From an uncultured Gemmatimonadaceae bacterium (lineage in GTDB: Bacteria > Gemmatimonadota > Gemmatimonadetes > Gemmatimonadales > Gemmatimonadaceae), in assembly GCA_963817955.1 (NCBI GenBank), contig CAWFQK010000004.1:1408001-1472000 (forward strand): 64,000 nucleotides of DNA, read 5' to 3'. The position numbers and the translations under genes were made by a program. Positions 29,579 through 40,192 of this stretch are shown here, piece after piece (the stretch's first letter is position 1; the number at the start of each line of letters is the position of its first letter). Below the pieces are notes generated by a model that saw nothing but the letters and a program-made list of their open reading frames with translations, was not told the origin of the DNA and searched no databases.

Positions 29579-31498
29579 CTAGACTCGAAGCGGTGATGAG
29601 TCTTTCCCGTTGCTCGCGGCGTCGCCTCTGGGATGCGCTGCATGCTCCACGCTGTGCGGCTCGCGGCGGAAGGAATCGGGCTCGCGGGCGCTCCGCAATG
29701 CGTTCACGATCACGGCGACGTCGATCAATTCCTGCAACGCCGCGCCGACTGTCGGCGAAAGGCCGCCAAATCCTGCGACGAGCATGGCGACACCACTCAA
29801 GCTGAGACCAGCGATGATGCTCTGTCTGGCAATGCGCAGGGTACGCGCGCCGATTTCGATCGCGTCGATGACCCGCTCCAGCGAGTCGACGAGAACGATG
29901 ACGTCGGCCGCTTCGGCAGTGATACCGCCGCCATGCCCGGCGAGCGCCACGCCCACGTCGGCGGTGGTGAGAGCGGGGGCGTCATTGATGCCGTCGCCCA
30001 CCATCATCACGCCCTTGCCCTCCGCCTGGAGACGCTCGATGAACAGCGATTTGTCGGCGGGGAGTAGATCGCCGTACGCCTCCGGAATGCCCGCACGCTC
30101 GGCCACGGCGCGGGCGATTGGCGCGTGGTCGCCGGAGAGCAGTACGATCCGATGGATGTTCAGCCGATGCAGTCCTTTGAGCAGCGCAGGCAGTTCGGGG
30201 CGCACGAGATCAGCGTACTCGATGATCCCGGCGAGATGGCCGTCAATGCTGACATACGCACGCAGCGTCGCCCCGGAATGCTCGAGCCCGGCGGCCGTGA
30301 GCACCCCGTCGTCGCAATACGGCAGCACGAACGAGCGCGCACCAACGCGTACGGCGTGTCCGTCCGCAACTCCGGAGATCCCCTGACCCGGCGCTTCGAC
30401 ATGTTCCGCGCCGCGCGGGAAGGCAATGCCACGTTCTTCGGCGTGACGCACGATCACGCGTGCCAGCAGATGACTCGACCCCTGCTCCATAGCCGCCGTC
30501 AGACGCAGCACTTGATCGCGATCGTAGCCGCGGGCAACATGTATGTCGGTGAGTTGTGGCATGCCGACGGTGATCGTGCCCGTTTTGTCGAACACCGCCG
30601 TGTCGACGCCGCCAAGTTTTTCCAGCGCGCCGCCATGCCGCACGATGATGTGGCGGCGCGCCGCGCGATTGATCCCGCCGATAATGGCCACTGGTGTGGC
30701 AAGAATGAGCGGACAAGGCGTCGCGACGACGAGCACCGCAAGGGCCCGCAGCCAATCGTGCGTCAGCGCGAACACGATGCCACAGATCGTGATCGTGAGC
30801 GGCGTGAACCACAGGGCGTATCGTTCAGCCAGGCGCTGGAGTGGCGCCTTGCTCGCCTGGGCGGACCGCACGAGAGCGACGACACGCGCATACTGACTCT
30901 GCTCGGCAAGCGCAGTCACGCGTACGCGAAGCACACCAAACCCATTCGACGTTCCGCTCATCACCGCGCTACCAATGATGGCACGGACGGGCGTCGCCTC
31001 GCCGGTGAGTGAGGACGTGTCGAGCTCCGACTCGCCCTCGATGACGATGCCATCGCACGGGATCAGATCGCCGGGACGGATGAGCAACACGTCACCGACG
31101 GCCACGTCGGAGGCACGGACCTCCTCGACGCGATCGCCAGCCACGCGGTGCGCGATCCGCGGTGCGGCTTCTTCCAGCGCGCGGACGGCAGCCGACGCCT
31201 TCCCCTCGGCGTACCGTTCGAGCGCTTCCCCGCCCGTCTGCATCAGGACAATGACAAGGCCAGCGAGCGGTTGGCCGAGCAGGGCCGCGCCGATAATGGA
31301 CAGGGTGGCAATGACGTCGGTGGCGAAACGCCCGCGCGTCGCCTCTCGCAGTGTTCCGAAAACGACGGGCACACCGGTGACGAGCAATCCCGCCATCCAG
31401 ACCGTGTGCGCCGCGGAAACCCCGACGGAAACGCGCAAGAGCGCGCCAGCAAGGATCAGCAGTGCGGCCAGTGCTGGCGGCAAGAACCGGAGTTTCAT
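29579..31498 (-). CDS. Heavy-metal P1B-type ATPase (P1B-5 signature)
   Basis: LTGE, TPCP, DKTGT, GDGINDAP and QELID. Confidence 0.92.
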   Translation of the reverse strand: MKLRFLPPALAALLILAGALLRVSVGVSAAHTVWMAGLLVTGVPVVFGTLREATRGRFATDVIATLSIIGAALLGQPLAGLVIVLMQTGGEALERYAEGKASAAVRALEEAAPRIAHRVAGDRVEEVRASDVAVGDVLLIRPGDLIPCDGIVIEGESELDTSSLTGEATPVRAIIGSAVMSGTSNGFGVLRVRVTALAEQSQYARVVALVRSAQASKAPLQRLAERYALWFTPLTITICGIVFALTHDWLRALAVLVVATPCPLILATPVAIIGGINRAARRHIIVRHGGALEKLGGVDTAVFDKTGTITVGMPQLTDIHVARGYDRDQVLRLTAAMEQGSSHLLARVIVRHAEERGIAFPRGAEHVEAPGQGISGVADGHAVRVGARSFVLPYCDDGVLTAAGLEHSGATLRAYVSIDGHLAGIIEYADLVRPELPALLKGLHRLNIHRIVLLSGDHAPIARAVAERAGIPEAYGDLLPADKSLFIERLQAEGKGVMMVGDGINDAPALTTADVGVALAGHGGGITAEAADVIVLVDSLERVIDAIEIGARTLRIARQSIIAGLSLSGVAMLVAGFGGLSPTVGAALQELIDVAVIVNALRSAREPDSFRREPHSVEHAAHPRGDAASNGKDSSPLRV

Positions 31499-31592
31499 TG
31501 CTTGGCTAGACTGAGAGGCTCCGAGAACATGCGAACGGCCGCGCCGACCGTCACGACCGCCCGCATGCCTCGTTTACGGAGCTTGCAAACAG

Positions 31593-32864
31593 CTAGGCGA
31601 GCGTCAGTAACGTCTGACCATCGCCATGCGCAATCCGTAGCGCCTTGTCGCGTCCGCGCTCGTCCGACAGCAGATCGATCGCGGTGACTCCACCGATACT
31701 GCGCGTCAAGTGACGATCGAGGTCGCCGAGCTCGCCGAACATGAGCTCTACCCGATGGTCGTGCGGATCGTACGCTGCACCGAGAAGCGGGTAATCGTGC
31801 TCCTGCGCCTGCGCGCCGATCTCGGGATCATCAACTTCGAGCAAACCCCTACGCCCAACGTTTCGGCGCGTGAACTCATCCAGCTTCTGAGCCCAGTCAA
31901 GCCGCCCCAGCGACTGCACGACCGACGACTCTGCGCTCATGCGGACGCGGGCGATCGCCGCGTGGTGCGGCACTGTCAGCACGCTGCACGTTGCGCAGCG
32001 CAGGATGCGTGTCGTGACACTGCCAATGAGCATCCGTGCGACGAATCCGTGACCATGACTGCCTGTTGCGACGAGATCCGCGTTGACACTCGTGGCGAAC
32101 GCGAGCAGTTCCGTTGCGGGGTCGCCCTGGAGCAGGATGCGTTGCACGACGACGTCGGAAGGAATACGAAGCTGCTCACGTATCTTCTCGAGCGCCTCGC
32201 CGGCGTCCTGGCGATACGAAGAACCATGACCGTGCCAATCGTACAACGTGCTGTCACGCGGGGCCACGTGTGCCAGATAGATAGTCGCTTGCGGCGCCGC
32301 CAGCTCAATGGCCAGTCGCGCGGCGCGCAGACTGGTTTCGCTGAAGTCAATCGCAACGACAATACGGTGCAAGGCGCTCGTCAGGCCATTCGTGACAGCG
32401 AGGACGGGCACAGCAGAAACACGAATGAGCCGCAGCGCCGTCTCATCGCCGAACAGGCGGTCGATGACGCGGTGGCGACCGAGGCCGGCGACGACCATGG
32501 CGGCGTTGCCGTCGTGTGCAACGCGTGCGATCGTCGAGGCCGGATCGCCATGATAGACCTCGACGTCCAGATTGGCGTCGGACCAAAGACGGTGCATCTG
32601 CTCGCTGACGAGGCGTTTCTGGTCCGCGCGTCGCGCGGCCTCGACATCCGGCGAAACCGGGATGGCCGCGTCCGCAGTCACAATCGGCATCGGCCGAACG
32701 ACGGATACCACCCGAAGGGCATCGTCACCGCCGGCAAACAGGCGGGCAGCGATCAATGCTGGATCTGACTGTTCGCGACCGTCCGTCGCGACAATCACCG
32801 GGGCCGCCTTGTCAGCTCGGATGCCAAGTTCCGGACCAACCGATGTGGAGAGCGTCGTTGCCAT
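31593..32864 (-). CDS. Tandem universal stress protein with an extra C-terminal (DUF5335-like) domain
   Basis: Two USP domains (VATDG..GDP..; VAIDFS..GSHG..IGSVT); GGAGG RBS. Confidence 0.88.
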   Translation of the reverse strand: MATTLSTSVGPELGIRADKAAPVIVATDGREQSDPALIAARLFAGGDDALRVVSVVRPMPIVTADAAIPVSPDVEAARRADQKRLVSEQMHRLWSDANLDVEVYHGDPASTIARVAHDGNAAMVVAGLGRHRVIDRLFGDETALRLIRVSAVPVLAVTNGLTSALHRIVVAIDFSETSLRAARLAIELAAPQATIYLAHVAPRDSTLYDWHGHGSSYRQDAGEALEKIREQLRIPSDVVVQRILLQGDPATELLAFATSVNADLVATGSHGHGFVARMLIGSVTTRILRCATCSVLTVPHHAAIARVRMSAESSVVQSLGRLDWAQKLDEFTRRNVGRRGLLEVDDPEIGAQAQEHDYPLLGAAYDPHDHRVELMFGELGDLDRHLTRSIGGVTAIDLLSDERGRDKALRIAHGDGQTLLTLA

Positions 32865-32993
32865 CGCGTCCAACCTCCTCGAGTCCTGCGATCTCACTCG
32901 CTGCGCCGAAGTTGCTTTGTGTTGGACCTCGAGACCGTCAGCGAAGTTCCGCCTTCGTGTCCGAAGAGTCCAAGGAAGTGTCGGTGACCGTAC

Positions 32994-33542
32994 CTACGCC
33001 CTGACCTTGCGAATTCGTTCGCTGTATGCACGGGTGATGTCCATGGTCGTGACAATGCCGCACAAGCGACCGCAATCGATCACCAGGACGCCATGGGAGC
33101 CGGTATGGCGCATGAGAACGGCGGCTTCCTGCGCACTCGCCAGTGGCGAGAGGATGGGCGGACTCGAGCTCATCGCCTCTTCCACCGTATGCTCGGAGAG
33201 CATGTCCCACTCCGGCGTTTCGCTTGCGCGGAATCGCTCGACGACATCGCCACCCGCATCGTCCCACAGCTCAGTGAAGTACTCCACCGGAGGAAGCTCA
33301 TCCTCCATCGCATCTGGCTCATCCCAGACATCCGCGACGTCGCGCTCCGTTGGCACGCCGGGAGTTGCCGACGCAAACGCGATGAGCGACTGCGCCGAGA
33401 GCAATCCGACGACGCGATCCCCGTTCACGACGGGAAGCGCACTGACGCCGATGCTCGTGAGCAAATCCACGGCATCACGCAAAGACGCACCCGGGCCAAT
33501 CGTGACCGGAGCAGGGGTCATGAGATCGCCAAGCATCAGCAT
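32994..33542 (-). CDS. CBS-domain protein (start uncertain)
   Basis: DLMT..SALPVV..VGLLS; EAMS..GIVTTMDI. Confidence 0.85.
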   Translation of the reverse strand: MLMLGDLMTPAPVTIGPGASLRDAVDLLTSIGVSALPVVNGDRVVGLLSAQSLIAFASATPGVPTERDVADVWDEPDAMEDELPPVEYFTELWDDAGGDVVERFRASETPEWDMLSEHTVEEAMSSSPPILSPLASAQEAAVLMRHTGSHGVLVIDCGRLCGIVTTMDITRAYSERIRKVRA

Positions 33543-33638
33543 ATTGCGAAGTTCAGAACTCACTGTCAGTTTAGGAGTCGGTGATCCCACGTCGGTATGT
33601 CAGGTATTCGCGGTCGGGAACAAGGAGGACGCCCGACG

Positions 33639-34643
33639 TCAGAAGAGTCGAACGCTGATGTATTTTTTCGGGTTTGTCTGGATATCGGCGATCAGTCCGC
33701 GCAATTGGACCAACAGCGAATCGGTCTGCCGGTACATCGACGGATTGTTGATGAACAGGCCCGCTGATCCCTGACCGCCATTGATCTTGGTGAGCACCGA
33801 GTCTCCGGTCGCCAGGAAGCTGTCGAGCCGGCCCTGCGATCGCGCGAACCGATCCGAGAGATCCCGCACCTGACTCGTCGTTCGCCGCAGCTCGCTTGCG
33901 GCAACCGAGAGATCCGCGACGATGCTGCGCATCTCTGGCGACGTCGTGGCAGAGTCGACCCGGTTCGCCGTGATTTCAACGGTGGCGGCAGCGCGGTTGA
34001 GCGACGCCACCGTCTTGCGAAGCTGACCCGAGAGCGTATCGAGATCCGACGCATGCACGCGCACGACGTTTGACATGTTGGATGACAACTCCGCCACATT
34101 GCGAATCGAGCTACGTAACTCGCGTGCCGCGGCTTCGTCGAACGCGACCTCGACCCGTCCAGCGACGCTCGCCATGTCGCCAGCGATCTGGCCGGCCACG
34201 GCCGTCAGTTTGCCAATGCCAGGCAGCGTAGCTCCAGGGAGCACGCGCTGGTCGCGACCTGGATCAGCGATGTCGCGCTGGACAGCAGCGTCACGAGGCA
34301 GTGCACCGCGCTCGATGACGGTCGCCTGCCAATCGCCGAACAGACTGGACTCGTTGATCAGCACCACGGGATCACCGGGAAGTTGTACTCTCGGATCGAG
34401 CTTCATACGGACGTTCACCCAGCCGTCCGGCGCGAGCTCGATCGCTTGGATGCGCCCGCCGATGACGCCGCGGATGACGACTGAGTTTCCCACGCGCGCA
34501 TTGCCGACGTCACGGAACTGCGCCACCACTTCACGCTGCCGCTGTCCGACATCCGCCTGTTTGATCCAGGCAAGGCTGCCGGCGAGCGCGAGCGCGACGA
34601 CGAGGACCACGATGCCGACCAACACGTCATGATTGCGCCTCAT
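33639..34643 (-). CDS. MlaD/MCE-family protein
   Basis: N-terminal TM, MCE domain (GNSVVIRGV..G.I), helical region and GSAGLFINNPSMY. Confidence 0.85.
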   Translation of the reverse strand: MRRNHDVLVGIVVLVVALALAGSLAWIKQADVGQRQREVVAQFRDVGNARVGNSVVIRGVIGGRIQAIELAPDGWVNVRMKLDPRVQLPGDPVVLINESSLFGDWQATVIERGALPRDAAVQRDIADPGRDQRVLPGATLPGIGKLTAVAGQIAGDMASVAGRVEVAFDEAAARELRSSIRNVAELSSNMSNVVRVHASDLDTLSGQLRKTVASLNRAAATVEITANRVDSATTSPEMRSIVADLSVAASELRRTTSQVRDLSDRFARSQGRLDSFLATGDSVLTKINGGQGSAGLFINNPSMYRQTDSLLVQLRGLIADIQTNPKKYISVRLF

Positions 34644-35488
34644 CGCGGCCCCTCACGTCCGAGCAGCCACGTCACTGCCCAGAACGCATCGAGCACGAGG
34701 ATGAGCACGGCTGAGATCACGACGGCAGACGTGGCCGCGCGTCCCACACCAACGGCACCGCCACGCGTGTCGAGCCCGCGCACGCACCCCACGAGCGTGA
34801 CAGCGAGACCGAAGCTCGCCGCCTTCACGAGTCCATACTGCACGTCGAACGTGAGGAAGAAGAGCCGCACGCCTTTCACGAACTCCGGCGTTGACAGATG
34901 CAGCAACAACACCGAGGCGACCCAGCCGGCGCCGATCCCTGCGATCATCGCCGCGGCGACGATGACCGGGAACATGACGACGCCGGCGACTACACGAGGC
35001 AATACGAGGTACGGCAGCGGATCGTAACCGAGCGTCTCGAGCGCGTCGATCTGCTCCGTGACCTTCATCGTTCCCAGCTCCGCGGCGATATTGGCGCCGA
35101 CACGGCCGGCGAGCGCGAGCCCGGTGAGCACCGGCGCCAGCTCCAGCGTGATCGTCTTCTCCACGAGCGTGCCAACGAAGTAGAGCGGCACCGCGCCCGT
35201 GAAGGAGTAGCTCGCAAGCAGCGCGAGCACGATACCGGTGAACAGCGCGATGTAGAGGGCGATGGGCATCGACGCGACCCCGAGCTTCCACGCTTGATCG
35301 AGCGATTGCGGCAGCCACGTCCGAATGTCACGTGCGGACGCAAAGGTCTCGGCGACGAATCTGGCGCGCCCGCCCAACGATGCGAGCAACTGCTGGGTCA
35401 CCGCACCGATACTGCCGACCGCGCGCACCAGAATGCGACCGGTGGAACGGGACGGACGTGAGTCGACGACCTGAGTGGAAATGGCCAT
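34640..35488 (-). CDS. mlaE: MlaE-family ABC permease
   Basis: ELAPVLTGLALAGRVGA..AELGTMKVTEQIDALE; GGAVGVGRAAT. Confidence 0.9.
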   Translation of the reverse strand: MAISTQVVDSRPSRSTGRILVRAVGSIGAVTQQLLASLGGRARFVAETFASARDIRTWLPQSLDQAWKLGVASMPIALYIALFTGIVLALLASYSFTGAVPLYFVGTLVEKTITLELAPVLTGLALAGRVGANIAAELGTMKVTEQIDALETLGYDPLPYLVLPRVVAGVVMFPVIVAAAMIAGIGAGWVASVLLLHLSTPEFVKGVRLFFLTFDVQYGLVKAASFGLAVTLVGCVRGLDTRGGAVGVGRAATSAVVISAVLILVLDAFWAVTWLLGREGPR

Positions 35489-35739
35489 GCTGAGTCCCGG
35501 TGAACAGCTCGTGAATTTCAACGTAGATCGCGCACGAATGAATTCCGTCGGGGAAGCAAGCGCCGAACGCCAGTGATCGCCCGACGTCCTCTTCCCGTGA
35601 TCCGCGATCGCCACGGTGCTGGACGTTGGCAGTCCGGCCTGCGCGCGTGCGACAAAGGCGGACGACGCTCGGCAGAACGCCCGACGCCCCAGGGGCTCGC
35701 GGGCGGCCATGGTTCACTCGAGGCCACACAGGAGCGCGT

Positions 35740-36072
35740 ATGAGCGGCATCAATACGGGGTCGCGCGGCGACGCCAAGAGCCATTCGAGTATGGCCAACG
35801 AGCGCGCCGCTGACGCACTCGACGCATTGGCCAAGCGCTTTCCACCGGGGCACGGCAACCGCAAGCGAGTTGCCGCCTACCGCAATGCAGCAGAGTCGTT
35901 GCGAACGACCGAACATGACATCGTCGACCTCTGGAAGCGCGGCGACGGCCGGGCGCTGACGACGATCAGCGGCGTCACGCCGGCGATCGCGCAGATGCTC
36001 GCGGAGTTGATCGCATCGAAGCGATTGCTGTTGACCGACCCGGTCAGGGAGGACGAAGAGGACGACGTGTGA
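35740..36072 (+). CDS. Stand-alone helix-hairpin-helix protein resembling the PolX N-terminal domain
   Basis: RVAAYRNAAESL..LTTISGV.PAIA; AGGAG RBS. Confidence 0.7.
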   Translation: MSGINTGSRGDAKSHSSMANERAADALDALAKRFPPGHGNRKRVAAYRNAAESLRTTEHDIVDLWKRGDGRALTTISGVTPAIAQMLAELIASKRLLLTDPVREDEEDDV

Positions 36073-36174
36073 ACGCGCGCGCGGAGCGGCTGCACCGGCG
36101 GCGCGTTGCGCACGGCACGACGTAACGCATGCAATCTTCGAACGCACTACGCACCGACGTACCCACAGAGGAGA

Positions 36175-36200
36175 ACGCCGGCGCGTTGCGCCGGCGTTTT
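36175..36200. terminator. Hairpin between convergent genes
   Basis: AACGCCGGCGC-GTT-GCGCCGGCGTTTT. Confidence 0.7.
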
Positions 36201-36222
36201 CCGCTGTCGTACCGGCTCGCCA

Positions 36223-36702
36223 TCATTTCACAGCGATCTCGATCTTCCGGCCTTTCGTTTTCGCCTCGGCCGTCTTGGGAAGATGCACCTTCAGCACTCC
36301 CTTCTCGAACTCAGCCGTGATCTTCGCGGCATCGACCGTCTTCGGCAGCGTGAATGACCGCTGGAACGATCCATAGGTCCGCTCGAAGAGATGGTACTTC
36401 TTTTCCTCCTCCTCCTTCTTCTCTTCGAACTTCTCACCGCGGAGCGTCAGAACGCCTTCCTCGACCGAGATATCGATGTCCTTGCGCTCCAGACCCGGCA
36501 ACTCCGCCGTGAGCGTCAGTTCGAGATCGGATTCGATGATGTCCGTCGGCGGCATCCAACCGATCGGCTGGGCGAAGAACTCGGTGTCGAATGGCGCACG
36601 GACATTTCCTTCGAACATCTTCCGCATCCGATTCTCGAGATCGTCGAGCATCGGGATGGGGCCGAGCACAGGAAATGTGCGGCGTGATTTGATGATTGCC
36701 AT
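36223..36702 (-). CDS. Hsp20/alpha-crystallin small heat-shock protein
   Basis: AELPGL, ERTYGSFQRSFTLP, GVLKVHLPK and IEI tail. Confidence 0.95.
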   Translation of the reverse strand: MAIIKSRRTFPVLGPIPMLDDLENRMRKMFEGNVRAPFDTEFFAQPIGWMPPTDIIESDLELTLTAELPGLERKDIDISVEEGVLTLRGEKFEEKKEEEEKKYHLFERTYGSFQRSFTLPKTVDAAKITAEFEKGVLKVHLPKTAEAKTKGRKIEIAVK

Positions 36703-37075
36703 ACGTACCTCCTCGTGAGAAACGTGCGTCCGCTATCCGGTCAGCTGAGAGCAATTCGAAGCTACGCCGCGCCAAATGAGTGACAGTCAGCCCCACACCC
36801 CACGGTCGCGTGCAGAAGCCCGACTTCGGCCACCCGCTTTTCCTGACTGTGGCGCGGCGTCGATCCCAGACGTCAGGCGACATGGGACATGTCCGTCCGA
36901 TCCGCTCATTCAACATGTCGTGTGTCAATCATGAGAACATCGGTGGTCTGACTCGCGGCCCGTCGGGTATGTCCCGTGGTTTGTTCAGCGCGTTCCCGAC
37001 GAGTCCGTCGTCACTGCCCTGACTGCCCACGTCGCCCCTGATGCGTACCATTTGGCACGGTACCGTTACCACAGG

Positions 37076-38194
37076 ATGCCCATGCTGCTGAACCGCGTGC
37101 AACTCGGCGAACTCGCGGATCACCTCCGCCAGACGCCGACTCTCAGCGCCTACATCGACACGTCGAGCGACGACCCCGCTGCCCGAGCTGCATGGCTTAC
37201 CGAGGCCCGCAATGCCATCGACGGCCTGCGGGAGAAACTCGTCAGCCGCCCGCACGCCGAGCAACTGGCGTTCGACCGCGCGGCGAGCCGGCTGGAAATG
37301 CGCTTGCGCGGTCTGCGCAACGCGCACCGAGCACCGAGCTGGATGCTCATTGTTGCCGATGGCGACGTGCATCATTTCGGCGCACTCCCGACGCGACTGA
37401 AGACCGAGCTGCACTGGCAACTCGGGCCACGGCTGGGGCCATACGCGCAGCTGCTCAAACAGGAGCGGCCCGTGATCGTCACCCTCATCGACGCGAAGTC
37501 GGTGACCTTGTATCGATACTCCGACGGCACCGTCCGTACGCTGACGACCAAGCATGCGCTCCGGCGCGGCGGACATGCTGATCATATGGGCGATACACCG
37601 CGCCAACATTTCCACGGCGGTACGCGCGGCACGACCGCACACGATGAAGCGGAACGCGCCCACCGCGTCGCAGCACAACGGCTCCTCTCGCGTGCCTCGG
37701 AGGCGATCGTGGCTGCGGCAATCGACGACGCATGGATTGTCATTGGCGGCGCACGCGAACTACCGGCGCAACTCCGCGAGTTGCTCCCATACGCCGCGCG
37801 CGAACGATCAATCGCCCTTCCCGATGCATTGCGCAAGCTGCCTCGCCAGGCCATCGCGCAGGTTGCTCTGCGTGGGGCCGAGTTGCTACGCGCCGAACGG
37901 GACCGTGTCGCGGTGGAGCAGCTACTCGAGCAAACAGGTGCTCACGCGAACGGCGTCGTTGGTGCGGTCGCGACGCTCGACGCGCTCGAGCACGGCGCGG
38001 CGTCCGAGTTGCTGCTCACACCGGGGTTCATCGACGCCCATGGCATGGAAGCTGACCGCGCCATTGATCACGCCCTTGACGATGGGACAGCAATTGAGGT
38101 CGTCACCGGAGCGGCGGCGGCCGATCTCGACGCACGCGGCGGCGGCGTCGGAGCGGTGCTGCGGTTTGCCATGCACGCACCGGCTACGAGCTAG
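37076..38194 (+). CDS. Bacterial archaeo-eukaryotic release-factor-like (baeRF/eRF1-fold) protein
   Basis: LSAYID N-terminus; Gly-rich loop FHGGTRG; C-terminal eRF1_3-like ATLDALEHG..GGVGAVLRF. Confidence 0.75.
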   Translation: MPMLLNRVQLGELADHLRQTPTLSAYIDTSSDDPAARAAWLTEARNAIDGLREKLVSRPHAEQLAFDRAASRLEMRLRGLRNAHRAPSWMLIVADGDVHHFGALPTRLKTELHWQLGPRLGPYAQLLKQERPVIVTLIDAKSVTLYRYSDGTVRTLTTKHALRRGGHADHMGDTPRQHFHGGTRGTTAHDEAERAHRVAAQRLLSRASEAIVAAAIDDAWIVIGGARELPAQLRELLPYAARERSIALPDALRKLPRQAIAQVALRGAELLRAERDRVAVEQLLEQTGAHANGVVGAVATLDALEHGAASELLLTPGFIDAHGMEADRAIDHALDDGTAIEVVTGAAAADLDARGGGVGAVLRFAMHAPATS

Positions 38195-38816
38195 TCGCAC
38201 GCCGCTGCAAGTGCTTCAGGCGTACATGCTCTTCGCGTTCTCGCTCCTCGAGCGTATGCGTCACGCCGGCGATCTGCCCGATCAGCCGCGGTTCAACGCG
38301 TTCACGCAGCAGACGTAGCTGCTGCGACGTGGCCGCCACGGCGTCGGCGAGCCGCGCCACACGGAGCTCGTTCGGCGCCGCAGCAATCAACAATTCGGCC
38401 AACGTCTCGTAGGCATCGGCGGCACGAACTAGTTCCCGCTCGGTACTGCCAGGTGGCGTTCCGCGCGCATCGAGTGTACGTCGCACGCGCGACGTCGGGC
38501 TCACGTCCGCCACGGGGACACCCCAGATCTGCGCCGGTGTCACGTCCACTTCGATGTTGCTTGCTGGGCGACCGACCGCGCGCAATGCGTCGACGCCGCA
38601 CACCGACACCGCATCCAACAGCGCTCGCGCCGCCTCGTTCACGTGCTGGCCAATCTCGGCCCGCGTATTGATCGCGGGACGGGCAAGACGAAACAGATGG
38701 CCAACCAGCGCTTGCCGCTTCCGGCTCACGGCGTCCGCGCCCTTGCGCACACGTTCGAGCTGCGCCCGCGCCCGCAGCAGATTGCTGCGCGTCGGTGTGA
38801 GCCGGGTCAGGCTCAT
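38184..38816 (-). CDS. V/A-type ATPase subunit D
   Basis: PTRSNL..KG..KR; LEEREREE..LK. Confidence 0.85.
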   Translation of the reverse strand: MSLTRLTPTRSNLLRARAQLERVRKGADAVSRKRQALVGHLFRLARPAINTRAEIGQHVNEAARALLDAVSVCGVDALRAVGRPASNIEVDVTPAQIWGVPVADVSPTSRVRRTLDARGTPPGSTERELVRAADAYETLAELLIAAAPNELRVARLADAVAATSQQLRLLRERVEPRLIGQIAGVTHTLEEREREEHVRLKHLQRRATSS

Positions 38817-40192
38817 TGTGCGCCACGCGTGTTGTGCGCTACCCAGGTTGTTGGCTTGATCCGGCTCATCTCCTCGCGCGGCATGGATTCCAGCATCCGC
38901 CACCCTGCTTGAAGCGTATCATCGACCGTGCGGCGCTCGTGTTGCGTGATGAACTCTCGCTCGAACCGTTCCGAAAAGTCGGCAGCGCGGCGATCGGCCT
39001 CTGTGAGACCAGCCATGCCAACGACGGCCGCCATCGTCACGGCCTCGCGTCCGCGCGCGTACAGAGCATAGAGCTGATCCGAAACCTCGCGATGCTCCGG
39101 TCGCGTGTGCCCCGCGCCAATGCCGGCGCCCATGAGGCGCGACAGCGACGGCAGGACGTCAATCGGGGGGTCGATGTTACGTCGGAACAGATCGCGGCTG
39201 AGCACGATTTGTCCTTCTGTGATATAGCCGGTGAGATCGGGAATCGGGTGCGTGATGTCGTCGTCCGGCAGTGTCACGACCGGGATTTGGGTGATCGAGC
39301 CGGGACAACCCTGGATGAGCCCCGCACGCTCGAACAGGCTGGCGAGGTCGGTATACATGTAGCCCGGATAGCCGCGGCGACCGGGCACCTCGTCGCGTGC
39401 CGCACCCATCTCACGCAATGCTTCGCAATAGTGCGTGATGTCAGCCATCACGACGAGCACGTGCATGCCACATTCGAATGCGAGATATTCGGCCTCGGTC
39501 AACGCCACGCGCGGCGCGAGCAGCCGCTCCACGGGAGGATCGCTGGCCTGATTGAGGTAGAGAATCATCCGCTCGGAGTGCACCGCGTCGCCAAGTCGCG
39601 TGAGGAAGCTCGCCGTCTCGCGCGCCGTGATGCCCATGCCGACGAAGATCACGGCATACTCTTGTTCGCCAGGCGCACGCGCCCAACCAACGATCCGCGC
39701 GGCGAGGTCGAGCGCCGGCAAGCCAGGTCCGGCGAAAATCGGCAGCTTCTGGCCGCGCACCAGCGTGGTGAGACCGTCAATCGCCGACATACCCGTTTCG
39801 ATGAAGTCGCTGGGACGTGCCCGGCGAGCGGGATTGATCGCCGCGCCGGTGATGGGCCGCACCGCCTCGCCGATTGGCGGCGGCATATCGTCCGCCGGTG
39901 CACCGCTGCCGCTCAGCACGCGACCGAGCAGATCGCGTCCCACCACGGTTTGCGACACTTGCCCGGTGAGCATGATGTCTGTTGCCGCCGGCACCATGCC
40001 GATCATCTCCTGTTGCACATGCACAACCGTCTCGCGCTCGGACGTGTCGATGACCTGTCCGCGCCGCTCGGGCTGTCCCGGCGCGACAATGCGCACCCAC
40101 TCACCCGCCGCGACGCGGCGGGTGTGCTCGATGACGAGCAGTTGGCCGACCGCCGAGGCCGCGCCACGATAGGTGCGCGCGATCGTTGTCAT
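38813..40192 (-). CDS. V/A-type ATPase subunit B
   Basis: LVRGQKLPIF, PGRRGYPGYMYTDLA and THPIPDLTGYITEGQ. Confidence 0.95.
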   Translation of the reverse strand: MTTIARTYRGAASAVGQLLVIEHTRRVAAGEWVRIVAPGQPERRGQVIDTSERETVVHVQQEMIGMVPAATDIMLTGQVSQTVVGRDLLGRVLSGSGAPADDMPPPIGEAVRPITGAAINPARRARPSDFIETGMSAIDGLTTLVRGQKLPIFAGPGLPALDLAARIVGWARAPGEQEYAVIFVGMGITARETASFLTRLGDAVHSERMILYLNQASDPPVERLLAPRVALTEAEYLAFECGMHVLVVMADITHYCEALREMGAARDEVPGRRGYPGYMYTDLASLFERAGLIQGCPGSITQIPVVTLPDDDITHPIPDLTGYITEGQIVLSRDLFRRNIDPPIDVLPSLSRLMGAGIGAGHTRPEHREVSDQLYALYARGREAVTMAAVVGMAGLTEADRRAADFSERFEREFITQHERRTVDDTLQAGWRMLESMPREEMSRIKPTTWVAHNTRGAQ

